DNA from: Camelus dromedarius
Lineage: Eukaryota
Length of the DNA: 64,000 nt
Assembly (NCBI RefSeq): GCF_036321535.1
Contig: NC_087459.1
Coordinates: 31,124,001 to 31,188,000 of the forward strand
Direction of reading: 5' to 3'
Shown here: positions 35,913-48,374 of the stretch, piece after piece
How positions within the stretch are numbered: the stretch's first letter is position 1
Layout of the letters: each line of letters starts with the position of its first letter
Translations under genes and position numbers: made by a program
Notes under the pieces: model-generated
The model's input: only the letters and a program-made list of their open reading frames with translations
Told to the model about the DNA's origin: nothing
The model's database searches: none

Positions 35913-37299
35913 AAAACACAGATTTAAACACAGGCTCTCCTTCCAGCTCTGATATTTGCCTCTTCAGGGTCGGAGTAGGGGGAGGTTGTGTACGTATATG
36001 GGGAGTCCTGTAAAGGGAATTATTTAATCACCCAGCCCCAGCTCAGTTTTTGGCTCCACCTCTAGCTGTTTGACCTGAGTCTCTTATTTCTTCACTTGGA
36101 AAGTGGGTGTAGTATCATGTGCCTCACAAGAGTTGATGAGATGCTTTGAATGAGATGACCTAGGTAAAGCCCTTCGCATTGGGTCTGCCATACAGTAAGT
36201 GCTCAGTAAATGTCTGTTCCCTCCCCCCCACTTTCCCCTTCACAAATTTGAAGTCATTACTATAAAACTGTATACCCCAATAGCTGTCAACAAGAAGTTT
36301 CACTCTCAGGGTCAGAATTCTGCATCTTACATCGAAGGCCACACGAATCCCCCAGGTCTAGACCAAAGGGAGCTGTCTGTGAGAAGCCTTTCTCCAAAGT
36401 GAAATCCCAGCCCGAGGACTGGTGCCAAAGTGAGCTCTAAGGACACGAGCTTCTTTTAAGACCAGTTACCCGAGGAAAGCGGTTGGGCCAGAACCCCCGG
36501 AGCTGACCTGGCCCCGTTTTGCATCGTTTTAAACAGAAGAGTGCCATGATCTGATTTGTCATTTAAGACTGGCTGCTTGGTGGTGACAGTTTGTAGGGAA
36601 GAAGGAACCTGCTGCCCTTGTCCTCTTTCCATATTTTCATATATCAGGGTCACAGCTCTGTACCGCCCCGTTCCAATCAGCGCTTGTCTTACCCTGCTCC
36701 CTCTTTTCCTTGGCCTTGTCTGCTGAGGGAGTAGTAGGTGGGGACAAAACAGCTTGCCCATCCTCGGGAGTGTGAGGCCAGCACTTGGCCCTGCGCTTAG
36801 CACTGGCCCCTCCCCTCCTGCATAGGCCCCGCCCCTTAAGTTGAAGATGGGGGTGGGCTGCACAGCCCCACCTCTCTGCAACCAAGCCTGCCCTTCCTTG
36901 CCTTCGAGGCCACGCCTACACCTATTAATTGGTTGGCAGGTGATGCCGGCGCTCAGCCCTACACAGCACCGGCTCCGCCCCCCATCGAGGCCCCGCCCCT
37001 TCTAGGCCTTGTGTCCGTCTATTGGGTGGCTGGCTGCAAAAGGAGAGAGGGCCCAGCCTTCCCTTCTCGGCCGACAGTCCCTCGGAGGCCACGCCTCCTC
37101 GAGGTCTCACCCCCGTCCATTGGGCCTGCAGCTCAGAGGCCCCGCCCCTCTAAGGGCCCCGCCCCGTCTATTGGGTGGCCGCAGGTGGAGCCCGCTCTCT
37201 TCTCGCCGTCAGCCCGGCTCTCCCAGAGGCCCCGCCCACATAGGCCCCGCCCTCCCGTGGGCCCGCCCCGTCCGTTGGGCGGCCCGCAGGACGCTCCGT

Positions 37300-37391
37300 G
37301 CCGCGCGCGGGTCCCGAGCACCAGCTCGGTCTAACGGTGGGTGTGGAGCTGCGCGGGAACGCCGCGGTGGCGGCGGTGGGCTGAGCTGGAG
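37300..37391 (+). other. RADIL: Probable RADIL non-coding exon 1 (5' boundary approximate)
   Basis: Consensus donor GAG|GTGAGT at 37391/37392 just downstream of the promoter motifs; no ATG in the segment. The TSS cannot be fixed from sequence. Confidence 0.65.
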
Positions 37392-37561
37392 GTGAGTGCG
37401 GGGTGCGCGAGGAGCGGCGGCAGAGGCGGGGGTCGCTCGCTGGCAGCCGGGGGTCCGGGTCGCGGAGGCCGGACGGGCGGGCGGGGAGGCCGCGGGGCGC
37501 GTGCTGGGGCAGCTGGGCCCGCACGGGGCATCTCTCTGGCCACCAAAGCCAGGCTTGTCCG

Positions 37562-37575
37562 GTGGCCATGGAAAC
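37562..37575 (+). promoter_or_regulatory. RFX X-box (GTGGCCATGGAAAC) in the RADIL CpG island
   Basis: Fits GTNRCCATGGNAAC, 170 bp into intron 1. Confidence 0.45.
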
Positions 37576-39136
37576 AAGCGGCTCTGGGGTCCGGGCGCGG
37601 CCTCGGGGGGCGGGACCCTCAGGCCGGCTACAGGGGCGAGGGCGGCCCCGCCTGCGGGGTTCAGGGGGTCAGCTGTGGCCACTGCCCCCTGCGACTCCCG
37701 GAGCTTGTCCCCCAACAGTGCCGTCTCCCGGGCCTCAGTCTCCCTGGTGGTCCCCTTGGAGGGGGTCTGCAGGTGGGCGCAGGAGTCCGCAACCTCCCTC
37801 CAGGGTCTGCGTGACATCCACCCCTACGCCCACAGCCTGTCCTGGTTTTCCTGTTCACACAGCAGCGCGTTTCCCCACTCGTGTGTCAGCTGAAAGCATT
37901 GTCTCCCAGCTATTTCTGTACCACTTCCAGCCCCTTGACAAATACTGCATCTAAGAAAACATGCTGAACTGGGGCTCCTGGGGGCCGCTCAGAAGAAACT
38001 AGATTATTTCCCATTAGGGAGCCGGTTGGTGGAGCAGAGGTGAGGCTGCAGACCCAGCCAGTGGACTCCCAGCTCCTGGTCAAGTGTTTGGTTAATCTGA
38101 ATTGCTGGAAAGAATTTTCCAGGTCCCCCACCCGTGGTTACAGGTGTCTCCGGTTAGTTACAGGTGCCTCCCATTAGCACCGGCCACCTCTTGTGCATTC
38201 CAGAGAGAAGCCAGTCCTTAATCCCATTGGCAGAGAAAGTCAGCCCCCTCACAAGAGGGCTAGCATGTCAGAATTAAATCTGATTAAATTTTTTTTGTAT
38301 TTAAAAGCATTGCTCTGGCTGGGGCTGTCAAGATAGGATTTATGGACAGTGGGGACAGAGCAGAGCCTGTGAGTCTACCCTCTTCCCTTCCTGTCCTGGT
38401 GGAAATTCTAATGGCTCCCACATTGCAGTGTTGGAACGGCCATGTCCCTCCACCCATCTGGTCAGCCCCACACTGACCTCACTCACTGCACTCGCCTCTG
38501 TGACTTGAGCTTGTTTTCATCAGAAACTGGACTCTTCCTTGAGAACAAGAGGAAAACATTCTTCAGGAGAAGCAATAGCTAATGACCTACAGCCTTGGGC
38601 CCGTGCTTCCCTATTTGTGTGAAAGAGGAGAGAACTGAGCAGAAAAGGGAAAGACAGGTCATGCTTCCAAAAAAACAGATCTGGTTACCCAGGGCGTGCT
38701 CCGCTGCATGGGATCCTCCTGCACTCCCCTTGCCCTCTGCAAAAACACACCCCTCGCATTTTGACAAACTGGCTGTACTCTGCATTCTGTGGTTGTGGAG
38801 GAAGGGCACGTGTGAGTAGGATGCCCCTGTCTGGGGTTACTCTGAAAATGGCCACAGAGAGCATGACCATAAGGAGAAAAGGGCTTCCTGATAAAATTGA
38901 TCAAGTCGCTCAGGGTCTGTGTTAACTGGGACTTCTTGCAGCTTAAGGAGTTACTAGGAAGGAGTGAGTCACGGTGTCTCCTACGTTTTCTGCCCCCTTT
39001 CCATGATGTTGCTGACTTTGCCCTAGAATCCAGCACAAGAGGCTGCTGGAAGGAAGGGAGGGGGCTCCCTTCCAAGGCCCTGGGAGGGGACTTCCCAGCA
39101 GCTATGTGTTTGTAATTTTCTATTTCTTTTTAAAAA

Positions 39137-39270
39137 TTTTTAAAAAAAATTTTGGGGGGAGGTAATTAGGTTTATTTATTTATTTTAATGAAGGTACTGA
39201 AGATTGAACCCAGGACCTCGTGCATGCTAACCACATGCTCTACCACTGAGCTATATCCTGGCCCCCATTC
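39137..39270 (-). mobile_element. tRNA-Ala-derived SINE with TSD
   Basis: Reverse-complement head and tail; ctttttaaaaa at 39126-39136 and 39271-39281. Confidence 0.9.
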
Positions 39271-41049
39271 CTTTTTAAAAAATGCTTATTTTTTATTGAA
39301 ATGTAGTCAGTTTATGTTGTTAGTTTCAGGTGTTCAACAAAGCTATTCAGTTTCCTTTTTTAAAAAAAATTACAGCAGAATTGTATAAGCTTCAGATGAT
39401 ATAGAACCTGGGTCCACTCCTGGGTGCAAAACAGTAATTCACTTCTCCATTGTACCTGGCGGCCTTGTAAACCTCTGTGTTCACCTCATGACTTTTCTGC
39501 CACTCGGGCTTCTGTTGAGACAGGATTTCCGCCGCTTTTGGCGTCATATTCACACTTACATCTGGCGTCACCTCCAAAGGCGGAGGTTTCCAAGCCAGAC
39601 ACTGCCTGGTGGCAGAGGCTGTGCTGCAGGCCCCTCTAGGTTTGGGTCAGAACTGGGGGTTGGAGGGTGCTCGAATGAGGGTGGTGTCTGTGGAGGGGCC
39701 AGGTCAGTGGAGGCTGTGTGGCCACCAGAGGCACGTGCTGGGAATTTTGGAGGCGGGCTCGTGCGGCTGTCAGACGGCTCAGGGGTTTGAGGCTGCTGAT
39801 GCAGTGTGTGAACCAAAGCTGTGTTCTTGTCCCGTGAGGACTGTTGGAAATGCTTCTGTTGTAAATTCAGTCAGGCCTTCAACAGGTCCAAGCCGGGAGC
39901 CACAGCCAACTCTGGCCCTTAGCATCTGCCAAGGAGCCTTGTCACACTTTCCTCCGGGGAGGAGGAACAGCCCTCCACGTAGATGTTCCTTTATAGCTTG
40001 ACTCACCAAGGCCAGAGACGCTCATAGGTGCCTTCGGCTTAGGATGCTCGACTCCTTTAAGCAAGTTCAAGCTTCGGAAAGCTGGGACACAGTGCAGGGC
40101 TGTGCGGCGGTAACTGTAGCAGTAGGCTGTAGCAATGGGAGTGTCCTGCGTCCCACCCCACCCCGTGGGGCAAACGTGCGTATCTGGAACCCAGTCTTTG
40201 GTGGGTGAAGAGTTCAGGGTCCTCCGAGGACATCTGTGGCTGGTTCTGGAGGAACTGAATGGCGGGTCCGCTTCTTAGCCTTCATTCACGACAGCCCCGG
40301 TGGGGGTGAGAGACTTCAGAGGATGCGACCGAGACCCAGGTGGCCGGCCAGAAAGAACCCGGCTCCGTGTCAGCGCGGGAGGCTGGGACACTCGCCCTGT
40401 TTGGGGCCCTCGGGGCTGGTGTAGGTCCTTTCCTCTGAGGGGCCCCCTGGCTCTTTCTCCTGCACTGGGCAGCAGCTCGCATCCCCCGGGCCAGCCTCTT
40501 CCGGGGCCCGTGACCACAGGCAAGTCGGGACGGAGGCTTCCGACCGCAGTGGAGTTTAGTGCTGCCGTGCCTCACTGCGACAGGTGCCCGCTGCCGCTCT
40601 CCCCGGGGCCTGGCCGTGGTTTCCAGAGCTTCCAGAAGACGGACCTTTCTTCTTTGGGGGGTCTGCTTTTGTCTGTGGTGAGGACATGAGCCTGGAAGTG
40701 GGCACAGCATCAGGAGGTGGGCGGTTTCCGGCCCCCAGGACTGGCTGTGAAGCCTTAGAGACAGCCTCCCTTTACTCTGCCTCCTGCTCCCACAGAGCTC
40801 TGGGGGGTTCTGACAAACTGTCTCGTTGGGACTAGTCCTCTGGAGCATTAAATGCACTTGAATCATGACTTTATGACCCACTGCAGTGTCCCAAAGCTGT
40901 TTTCCAATTTCCCCGGGAAGACTGCATCTTGGGCCTGGCCAGAGCCCGAGTGCCAGGCTGGCCGCGGTGGGCGGAACAGATGCATTCCAGCCATGCCACC
41001 ACTGGTTCTGGAAGAGCCCTTTTGTGTCCTTGTGGTCATGTGTCCATTC

Positions 41050-41700
41050 TAGTGCTGCCATCCGGGGCAGTGGCTCCTCCAGGCCAGGACTGGTCATCCA
41101 GGAGCAGCGTTTTGGGAGGTTTGTGTTCTGAATGCCTCGTCGCTTACTGCTCTGTTCACATGGCTGCAACTTTGCCTGCTTCACTGGCTCCTTTGCTGTT
41201 TGTGATGACTTTTCTCTAGGAGAGGCTGTGGTGCAGGAGGGATGGAGTTTAGGGAGACCCGGCATTTTGCTGTCTGGGTCGTTTGTAACTTCTCTCCGGG
41301 TTTGATGTGATCCGTGGCCGGCTGCCTCAGATGAAGCTGGGCAGCCCCACTGAGACTCTGCTCCCAGCACCATCTGTCCCCATGTTGCCACTGTTTCTGG
41401 GCTTCCCACATGTGGGGTGTGCTGTGCCCTGCGCTTTGCAGGAGTCGGAATCCTGCCACAGAGCATGTCTTACCTTTGGGTGACCGCATTGTGCCTCCTG
41501 GTACCGGCTCTCCTTGTAGGGCATTTCAGCCCATTTGAACCTGCTTTGTTCCCTGTGGTCCCACCAGCTTCGGCCATATTCTCACTGTTGGACTCAGCTC
41601 GGGTGGCATGTCCTCTGCTTCTGTTGGGGCGCCGGACCCTGGATGGTTTATTAAGTCTTAAAATTCTCCTGTACCTCCTTGGCTCTGTGGTTGTGATGGT
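41050..41700 (-). mobile_element. Old L1M fragment directly upstream of RADIL exon 2
   Basis: Degenerate antisense ORF2-start text; family not resolvable by eye. Confidence 0.45.
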
Positions 41701-41794
41701 TGATACTCACCCACCTTTCGTTCTTCCCAGGACACGGCCTGCTCCCTACCGTTGGCCGGAGCCCTCAGTTCTCGTCCACGAAGCCTGGCCCACC

Positions 41795-42329
41795 ATGTTT
41801 TATGGGACCCACTTCATCATGTCCCCACCCGCCAAGAGCAAGCTGAAGCGGCAGAGCCAGCTGCTGTCCAACGTGCTGTCCCGGACGCTGAGCTACAAAC
41901 ACCGCGACCTGGACACCACCTTCTCCAGTCTGGGTGCCAGCGATGACCCGGCTGAGCTCTCCACCCAGCTCTCGGCCCCCGGGGTCCTGAAGGTGTTCGG
42001 GGACAGCGTCTGCACCGGCACCCACTACAAGAGCGTCCTGGCCACCGGCACGTCCAGCGCCCAGGAGCTGGTGAAGGAGGCCCTGGAGCGCTACGGCCTG
42101 AGCCCCGAGCGCGCCGGCCAGTACGTGCTGTGCGACGTGGTGGGCCGGGCTGGCGACTCCGGGCGGCAGTGGCAGGCCGAATGCTTTCGGGTGTTTGGGG
42201 ACAATGAGAAGCCGCTCCTGATCCAGGAATTATGGAAACCTCGAGAGGGCTTGTCCCGGAGGTTTGAGCTGAGGAAGAGGTCGGACGTGGAGGAGCTGGC
42301 GGCCAAAGACGTGGACACCCTGACGGCAG
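41795..42329 (+). CDS. RADIL: RADIL first coding exon (exon 2 starts at 41731); contains the Ras-association domain
   Basis: Acceptor ttcgttcttcccAG at 41730, cccaccATG at 41795, donor GCAG|GTgagg at 42329 (535 nt, phase 1); MFYGTHFIMSPPAKSKLKRQSQLL...VLKVFGDSVCTGTHYKSVLAT...RRFELRKRSDVEELAAKDVDTLTA matches the RADIL N-terminus. Confidence 0.97.
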
Positions 42330-44301
42330 GTGAGGAGGGGCGAGGAGGGGGCTAAGGTGTGGGGCCATTCAGGGACGACACGGGAAGGTGTGTTTGCCCT
42401 GAAGGAGGACAGTCAGCCTCTGTCCAGGAGTCTGAGGACTCGCTCTGCAATTCAAGGCTCTGCCTGGGGCTATCTCAGCGCTGGGGTTTGTCTACACTGT
42501 GGTTTGTCTACACTGCAGGGTGCCTGCTGGTGTTCATTAGCCTCTCCTGAGGTTGTCTTGCAGTATCGAAGGGCGATTCCTCCTTTTGGTTACAGGTCGC
42601 CGTCCAGGTCTCTGGTAAGCATGTCATGAGCTGCAGAGAGTGCCTTACCCACACAGGCGCAGATACATCACAGAAAGTCCCTTAATGCCTGAGGCACTGG
42701 GGGAATCTCTGGTGAATCAAACAAAAAGCTAATGGAGGAAGCGGGTGCATTCAGGGGGTGCACTGGAGTTGGGGCCGGGGCAGCGGGAGGCTGTGCTGGA
42801 GGAAGGCCCAGCCTAGAGCAGGTGGTTTCTGTCTGTCTGAGGTAGGCTGAGAGCAGTGGGCAGCTCTGAGCCCTTGCCCCAGAACCGGGGGACTCCATGG
42901 CCTGTGGGCCACTGCTTTGTGTCTGGCTTTTATTCAGTTGGTGGAAGGAAGTTGATTGTCTGAATAGGTAAGCGCCTTAAAAAATATTCCAAAAGACTCT
43001 TAAATGTATCTCAGATCGTATTTAACTTTTTCTTAGTTTCCTATAGAAAATGGTGATTTTTCATGAGCAAGTGGCCCAGAGCAGAGGACGTTTGAGCAGG
43101 GGACTTGTCACCTGTTTCATGATACTGCAGGGTTGGAAGGGTCTTGAGCCCTCGCTGGCATCTTGTGTGCATCCCCAGGGATCGCGAGCACCCATGCTCT
43201 CTAGTTCTCTTCTGGTGCGAAGCCCACATCAACGTCTGTGTGTGAGGATGAGGGTGTGCAGGTGTTTGGACTCCCAGGGGCTGGGGTCCCGGGGCCTGAC
43301 TGGGCTGTCGTGCCTCAGTCTCCTGGTCTGCAGGATGGGGCAAGCCTGCCACCCCTCCCTGGGTGGCTGCAGTGGCGTGTGCGGAGTTTCCGGCCCACAG
43401 GCGCAGGAGAGCTTGGCCGTGGGGCCTGACCCGGATGTTTCCTGCACGCGGTGCGTTCTGTGCACTCACAACTGGTGGTGGATCAAGGACGGGGTTGGGG
43501 TCCCTCTGACAGGAAGGGGGTTTAATCAGCGATGTGGTGCGGAGTTGCAGGCGTGGGGGATAATGGAAAGTTGACCATGTAGTGATGTTACTGTTTTTTA
43601 CTCTCCTCGGAAGAGCGCCCCGAATGCCCCCACCCAGAGGGGTTTGGATTTTGTCCTGACCCTGCCTTGCTGAGCTCCAAAGGCCCCTAGCTCCTTCCCC
43701 TCTTCACTCTAGAAGACGTTTGAGGGGCCGTGTTGTGTGGTGAAGGGGGCTGGTGGTCACTGTCCTGCCCAGTGTTTTCTCTGCTGGGCGGAGAGCCGAG
43801 AGCACGTGGGCTGGTCTCAGTGGGTCACTGTGCCCTGGGTCCCAGGTGGGGCCCCGGACGACCTGCTCTGTGTCGCACAGGTGATTGGTGGGGGTAGAGG
43901 GGTGGGCAGCAGAGCTGGATGGCATCTGTGCGGCGCCGGGCTTTGCCTTCTGTCCTCCGACCCCTTTCGGGCCCGTCCCTTTCACGTGCGAAGGCAGGAG
44001 AAGGCCCACAGCCTACTCAGCTTGGTGCTGTTTTGGCAAAACCTTTCAAATAAAGAGTCTATTGAACCCGACAGGTCTCACTGACACACTTCTCGGGGCT
44101 GGAAGCCGGTTGTGTTACCTGCCTGGAGCAGGCTTCCCAGGCCCCAGGGAGTTGGCCTTCCCTGCCTTGGGGTGTGGCCTGGGCGGTCTGTGCCTCCTGG
44201 CTGGGCTGTCCCCTCCCTGGCCACCGGGCCCCAGAGCCCGAGTGTTGTCTGAGTGGACGGCACCCGCCCAGCACTGGGGACCCTGCAGATAGGCCCGCCC
44301 T

Positions 44302-44340
44302 GCCCGGCCCGGCCCAGCCCAGCCCAGCCCAGCTCAGCTC
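44302..44340. repeat. (GCCCA/GCCCG/GCTCA)n pentamer run
   Basis: About 8 near-perfect 5-bp units. Confidence 0.9.
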
Positions 44341-45934
44341 GGGCCATGGGCGGGCGGGGCTTCACCGGAGCCCAGGACCTTTGAGTTAGAGTCTGTCTGG
44401 GGTCCTGATGATACACGGATATACGCAGAGAGATGTGCACCCGGTCTCACACTCACACACGTGAACACGTACGTGCATATTCACCATGAGGCTTTCCCAC
44501 TCACATGCACACACATATACAACAGGTGTACAGACACGCGTGTGCACACGCTTTCCCTCACACTCACACACTCACTCTGAATTGTTCCTGTGTGTAAAGA
44601 ACCTAGTGCATCTAGTGCGCCTCCGCGGTCCCCCTGCCCCCAGGCATGAAGCCGGAGGCGGCTGGGCCATGGCCTCCCCGCTGCCTGACGGGGGGGGGGG
44701 GGGGGGTGAAGTCAGCCCAGGGCCCTGCCTTCTTCATTACAGTGGGGACCACGGGGAGACTCAAGGGCACTGTGACGTGGACGCGGAGAGGAGTGAAGGG
44801 CGTCGGTGTCAGGGGTGACAGTTGCGTTAAGTCTGATGATGTGAAGGACTCTCCAGCCCCTCCAGCTGTGTCCCTAACACCTGTAGTCTCGTCCTCAGGG
44901 CGGGGGGGGGGCTCCTCACCTGGGCGGCCTGTCTTTGACGAGCCCTGGGAGGCTGGCGGTGCCCGAAGTGGCCTGGGTGTCGCTGTGAGGTTGCGGTGAG
45001 CTTGGTGCCGACGTCGTGGGGCGTTAGTGTTGAGAAGGGCGGGGACCCCGCGGCAGGGCCCTCACCTCCACTCCCTGCTTCCTCTCCCAAGAACAGGTGA
45101 GCTTGTCCTGCTCCCCCAGCGCCCCCACCGCCGGGAGCCAGTAGTCCTCCTCACCTGGAAAAGTGGTGCAAGAGGAAGGACCGCCTGCCAGGGCAGGTGT
45201 GTGTGCATGTGCTTGTGCATGTGCGCCCGCGCACGAGCTTGCGTGTGGACTAACCCTTCCCAGGCTCCAGGGCACTGACCACTGTCGTCGTGGTTGTCAT
45301 TATTCCCGCCCTGTTCCTGCAGTGGAAGACCCACCTGATGCAGGTGAGTTGGAGCTCACTGGTTGTGCTGGTTTCAGGCTAAGCCTTCATCCAGAGCCCA
45401 CCAGGTGCATCTCTGAGGCTTTTTGGAGCTAAGCGCTCGCCGCAGCCCCCCACCCCAGCCTGCAGGTTAACCGGAGCCCCCAGCAGGTCAGGTGGTGGAG
45501 GTGGCTGCGCCAGATGCCTCCCCGGGGGCACCAAGAGTGAATCCACCCAGTTCTCCTGAACCATTTGGGCTGCTGTTTTATGCCCACAGTCACACACTCA
45601 GGCACTTTGGGGGTTTGTTTTCCATAAATATTGGCTTTTCACAGCTGCCAGCTTCCGCATGGTTTCCAGAGTATCACACTCTTGTGTGTGAGTTCTGGGA
45701 GTGAGATGGTGGGCGGAGGGGGCTACGGAGCTGCCCTCAGGTTTTCGCAGCAGATGGGCAGTTGGGGCCAGACCATGCGGAGAGGGCACTGGGCCCGTCC
45801 TGAGATGAGGGCACTAATCACTTATGCTCACTTGGGGGAGGGGCAACGGTTCAGGTGGTTTTCAGCTGCTGAAAGAAAAGGGAAGGGCGGGAGCAGGTTT
45901 ATCTGTGTTCCCAGGATGGGAGTGAGCTTGTAAA

Positions 45935-46100
45935 CTGGATTTCTCAACCTCAGCCCCATGGACATCTTGGGCCAGTGGTTCTTTGCTGTGGGGACCACCC
46001 TGTGTGCTCTAGGAGGGCTGGCTGTGTCCCTGGCCCTGCCCACTGGATGCCTGTCACACCCCTACCAGTGGTGACAACCGGAGGCCTCTTCCTCCCTCTC
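45935..46100. mobile_element. MER20 hAT MITE
   Basis: tttctcaacctcagc...gacatcttgggcc...ttctttgctgtgggg...ccctggcc...gtgacaacc. Confidence 0.75.
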
Positions 46101-48374
46101 GGGTGTGGCCGAGTGTCCTGGGGCCAAGCCCGCCCTCAGCTTGGAACCACCTTCGTGGACTGGTGGCCAGGGCTCAGTTTGGAGGAACTCAGTCTGCTGG
46201 CCATGCCCAGTGCCTCACTGTTAGAGCCAGCGGCTGTGTCCCCTCACGATCTCCAGGCCACGCTCGCTCTCCTGGGGCACCGTCCGAGGGACTTGGGTGC
46301 CTGGAGGAGGGGGAAATTTGGAGCTGCCTTTGGTGCCTGTGGATGCCTCCCTGAGTGGCTTTCCCGGCCCTCAGATACCTGGTTTTGTTTGGATGCTGGG
46401 GAACAGGGCCTCCTCGGCTCTGGAGGAAGACAAGTTTAGAGGGTTTCTAAGGCTGCTGCGACTTGAGGTTATCTCTACGGGGACATCTCTGCCTCAGCAT
46501 TGAGCTTGTCACAAATCCCCCTTCAGTGTCTGGCCTGGTATACAGTAGGTGCTCATTAAATGCCTGTTTAAAGGCTGGTGCAGATTAGAAGAGTAAGCTC
46601 CTTTGTAGGTCTTGGTTTCTGGGCCCATCTAAGGCTCCAGAGTTGGAATCGTGTTCTTTGGAGAGGCGGGGTCGGGGAGGGAGCGGCGGGCAGACAGTGG
46701 CTGTCCGCTTGTGCCACCTGGGGCTCCAGTGAGGAGGAGAGCACTGCCTGGCACCGGCCACCTCCTCTCCTCCATGGCCGGCTGCAGTGTGTCGCCTGAG
46801 CACCTGACTTTGGGTGTGTATTGTCACCCACAGACAGGCAGATGGGCTGAACCGTGTCTGAACAAGGCTGTTCTGGCTCCACGTGAAACCTCTGGGGTCT
46901 TCATCTGCTAATCGTGCACCGTAAATTCCATCCTCTCACAGCTCCCAACCTCTCTGGTGGTTTTCTTGTGACAGTTTTTTCTTCTGCTGTGAATCTGATT
47001 TTTAATAACTCCAATCTCAGGATGAAGGAGGTGATCTGGACTCTTATTTAAGAGTAGCTGCCTCTTGAGTCTTAAGCGAGACTTCCTTTGAGTGTGTTCT
47101 CAGTGATAGAGTCATTGTGGGAAACGTTTACCTTATGTGGTTTGGTAAAAGCAAAACAATGCCCCACTTTTCCCATCAGTCTAAAACTAGAAAACTAATT
47201 GAACTTAAAGGACATTTTTGAGGATTGTTAATTCAAAGAGAACATAAAGTTGAATAGTTAGCTGCTCACAGCAGTTTCATCCTTTGATTCACTGCTTAGA
47301 GGGGGAAAAACAATTAATAGGCTTCAATTTCCCATAGAAGTGCAGTGTCAGAAGGAGGCTGAACAGCCCTGTTTTCCCAGGCCAGGTGGTGCCCGCCTGG
47401 GGCCTGGCTGGCGGCACCCCTCCTCCCTGGGGAGACTTCTGGTCACATTATATATGGAGCCTCCAAAGGCTCAGTGCTTAACACAGAAAACACAGGGGGA
47501 TATCAGAACCGGCATACAGTGTTTGACAGACATCCAGCATAAGTGGAATTTGCTAAAGTATGGCTGGGGTGGGCAATGAAGGGAAGGGAAAGCAAAGTTG
47601 GATCCTTACTCCAAATGCATTAAAAACCCACACATCAAAGGTAAAATTATAGTGCCAAAAGAAAGATTTCATAAATGAGGCTTAAAAGATGCAAACCCTA
47701 AGGGGAAATGTAGTTGGATTTGACTACATCAAAGTTTAACTTTCTTTTCAACTAAGGACACTCTATAGATAAGCTTTAGATCTACCCATGGTGCTGTGTA
47801 TAAATCCAGCCCATCGCTTCCACCTGAGGCATCGTTTCCCATCACACACGTATACCTGTTATCCATCCCCCTGACTAGGGACACTCAGGTTGCGGCCAGC
47901 TTCTCCCTACGGCAAGCAGTGGCACAATGACCCTCTTGAGGGCCTGTGCAGAGTTCTCCAGGGTCCTCTCCCAGGAACAGAGCTTCTGGATTACAGATCT
48001 GTCTGCTTCGCTTCCCAGTAAGCACTGTGGGACAGCAGCTTCTCCAAAAAGGCTGCCACGACACTGACGTGCTCTCTTGTGTGGCCCTTTCATCTCCTTA
48101 AGCACTGAGTATGAGCCCCCTGATCCATGAAAATTTCCCCTGGAAATATGTTCAAATCAAAATGTGCCGCAGTGAAGTGGGGTGCTGGAGTCAGACAGCC
48201 ACAGAAACCGCAGCCGACTGGTGTGAGCAGCTGTGATCTGAGTCATGAAATGACCTCCCAAAGGTCTCAGTGGGCAGTTTTGAAACTGTCCCTCTGCCTA
48301 AACAAAACTCAGCAAATGGGACTTCTAGATACTGATTAGCCAATGATCTGAAGGAGAAAGAGTTTTCTCTTTTT

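Larger units (their letters stand above)
36660..37800 (+). promoter_or_regulatory. RADIL: CpG-island promoter of RADIL
   Basis: Very GC- and CpG-dense; many GGCCCCGCCC GC boxes, CCAATCAG at 36673, ATTGG at 36928/37021/37119/37170; lies 4.3 kb upstream of the RADIL start-codon exon. Confidence 0.85.

Noticed and set aside
37209-37954. Overlapping 130-200 aa ORFs on both strands
   Set aside because: Typical CpG-island artefacts over the RADIL promoter.
40282-41466. 394-aa minus-strand ORF antisense to RADIL intron 1
   Set aside because: Non-ATG start, no domain, partly over an old L1 fragment, in stop-poor GC-rich DNA. I cannot formally exclude it without a conservation test.
41417-41794. N-terminal extension of the RADIL ORF (312-aa call)
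   Set aside because: Upstream of a clear acceptor at 41730; the good-Kozak ATG at 41795 matches the known start.
44302-44340. Immunoglobulin switch-like pentamer region
   Set aside because: Only about 8 units; an ordinary simple repeat.
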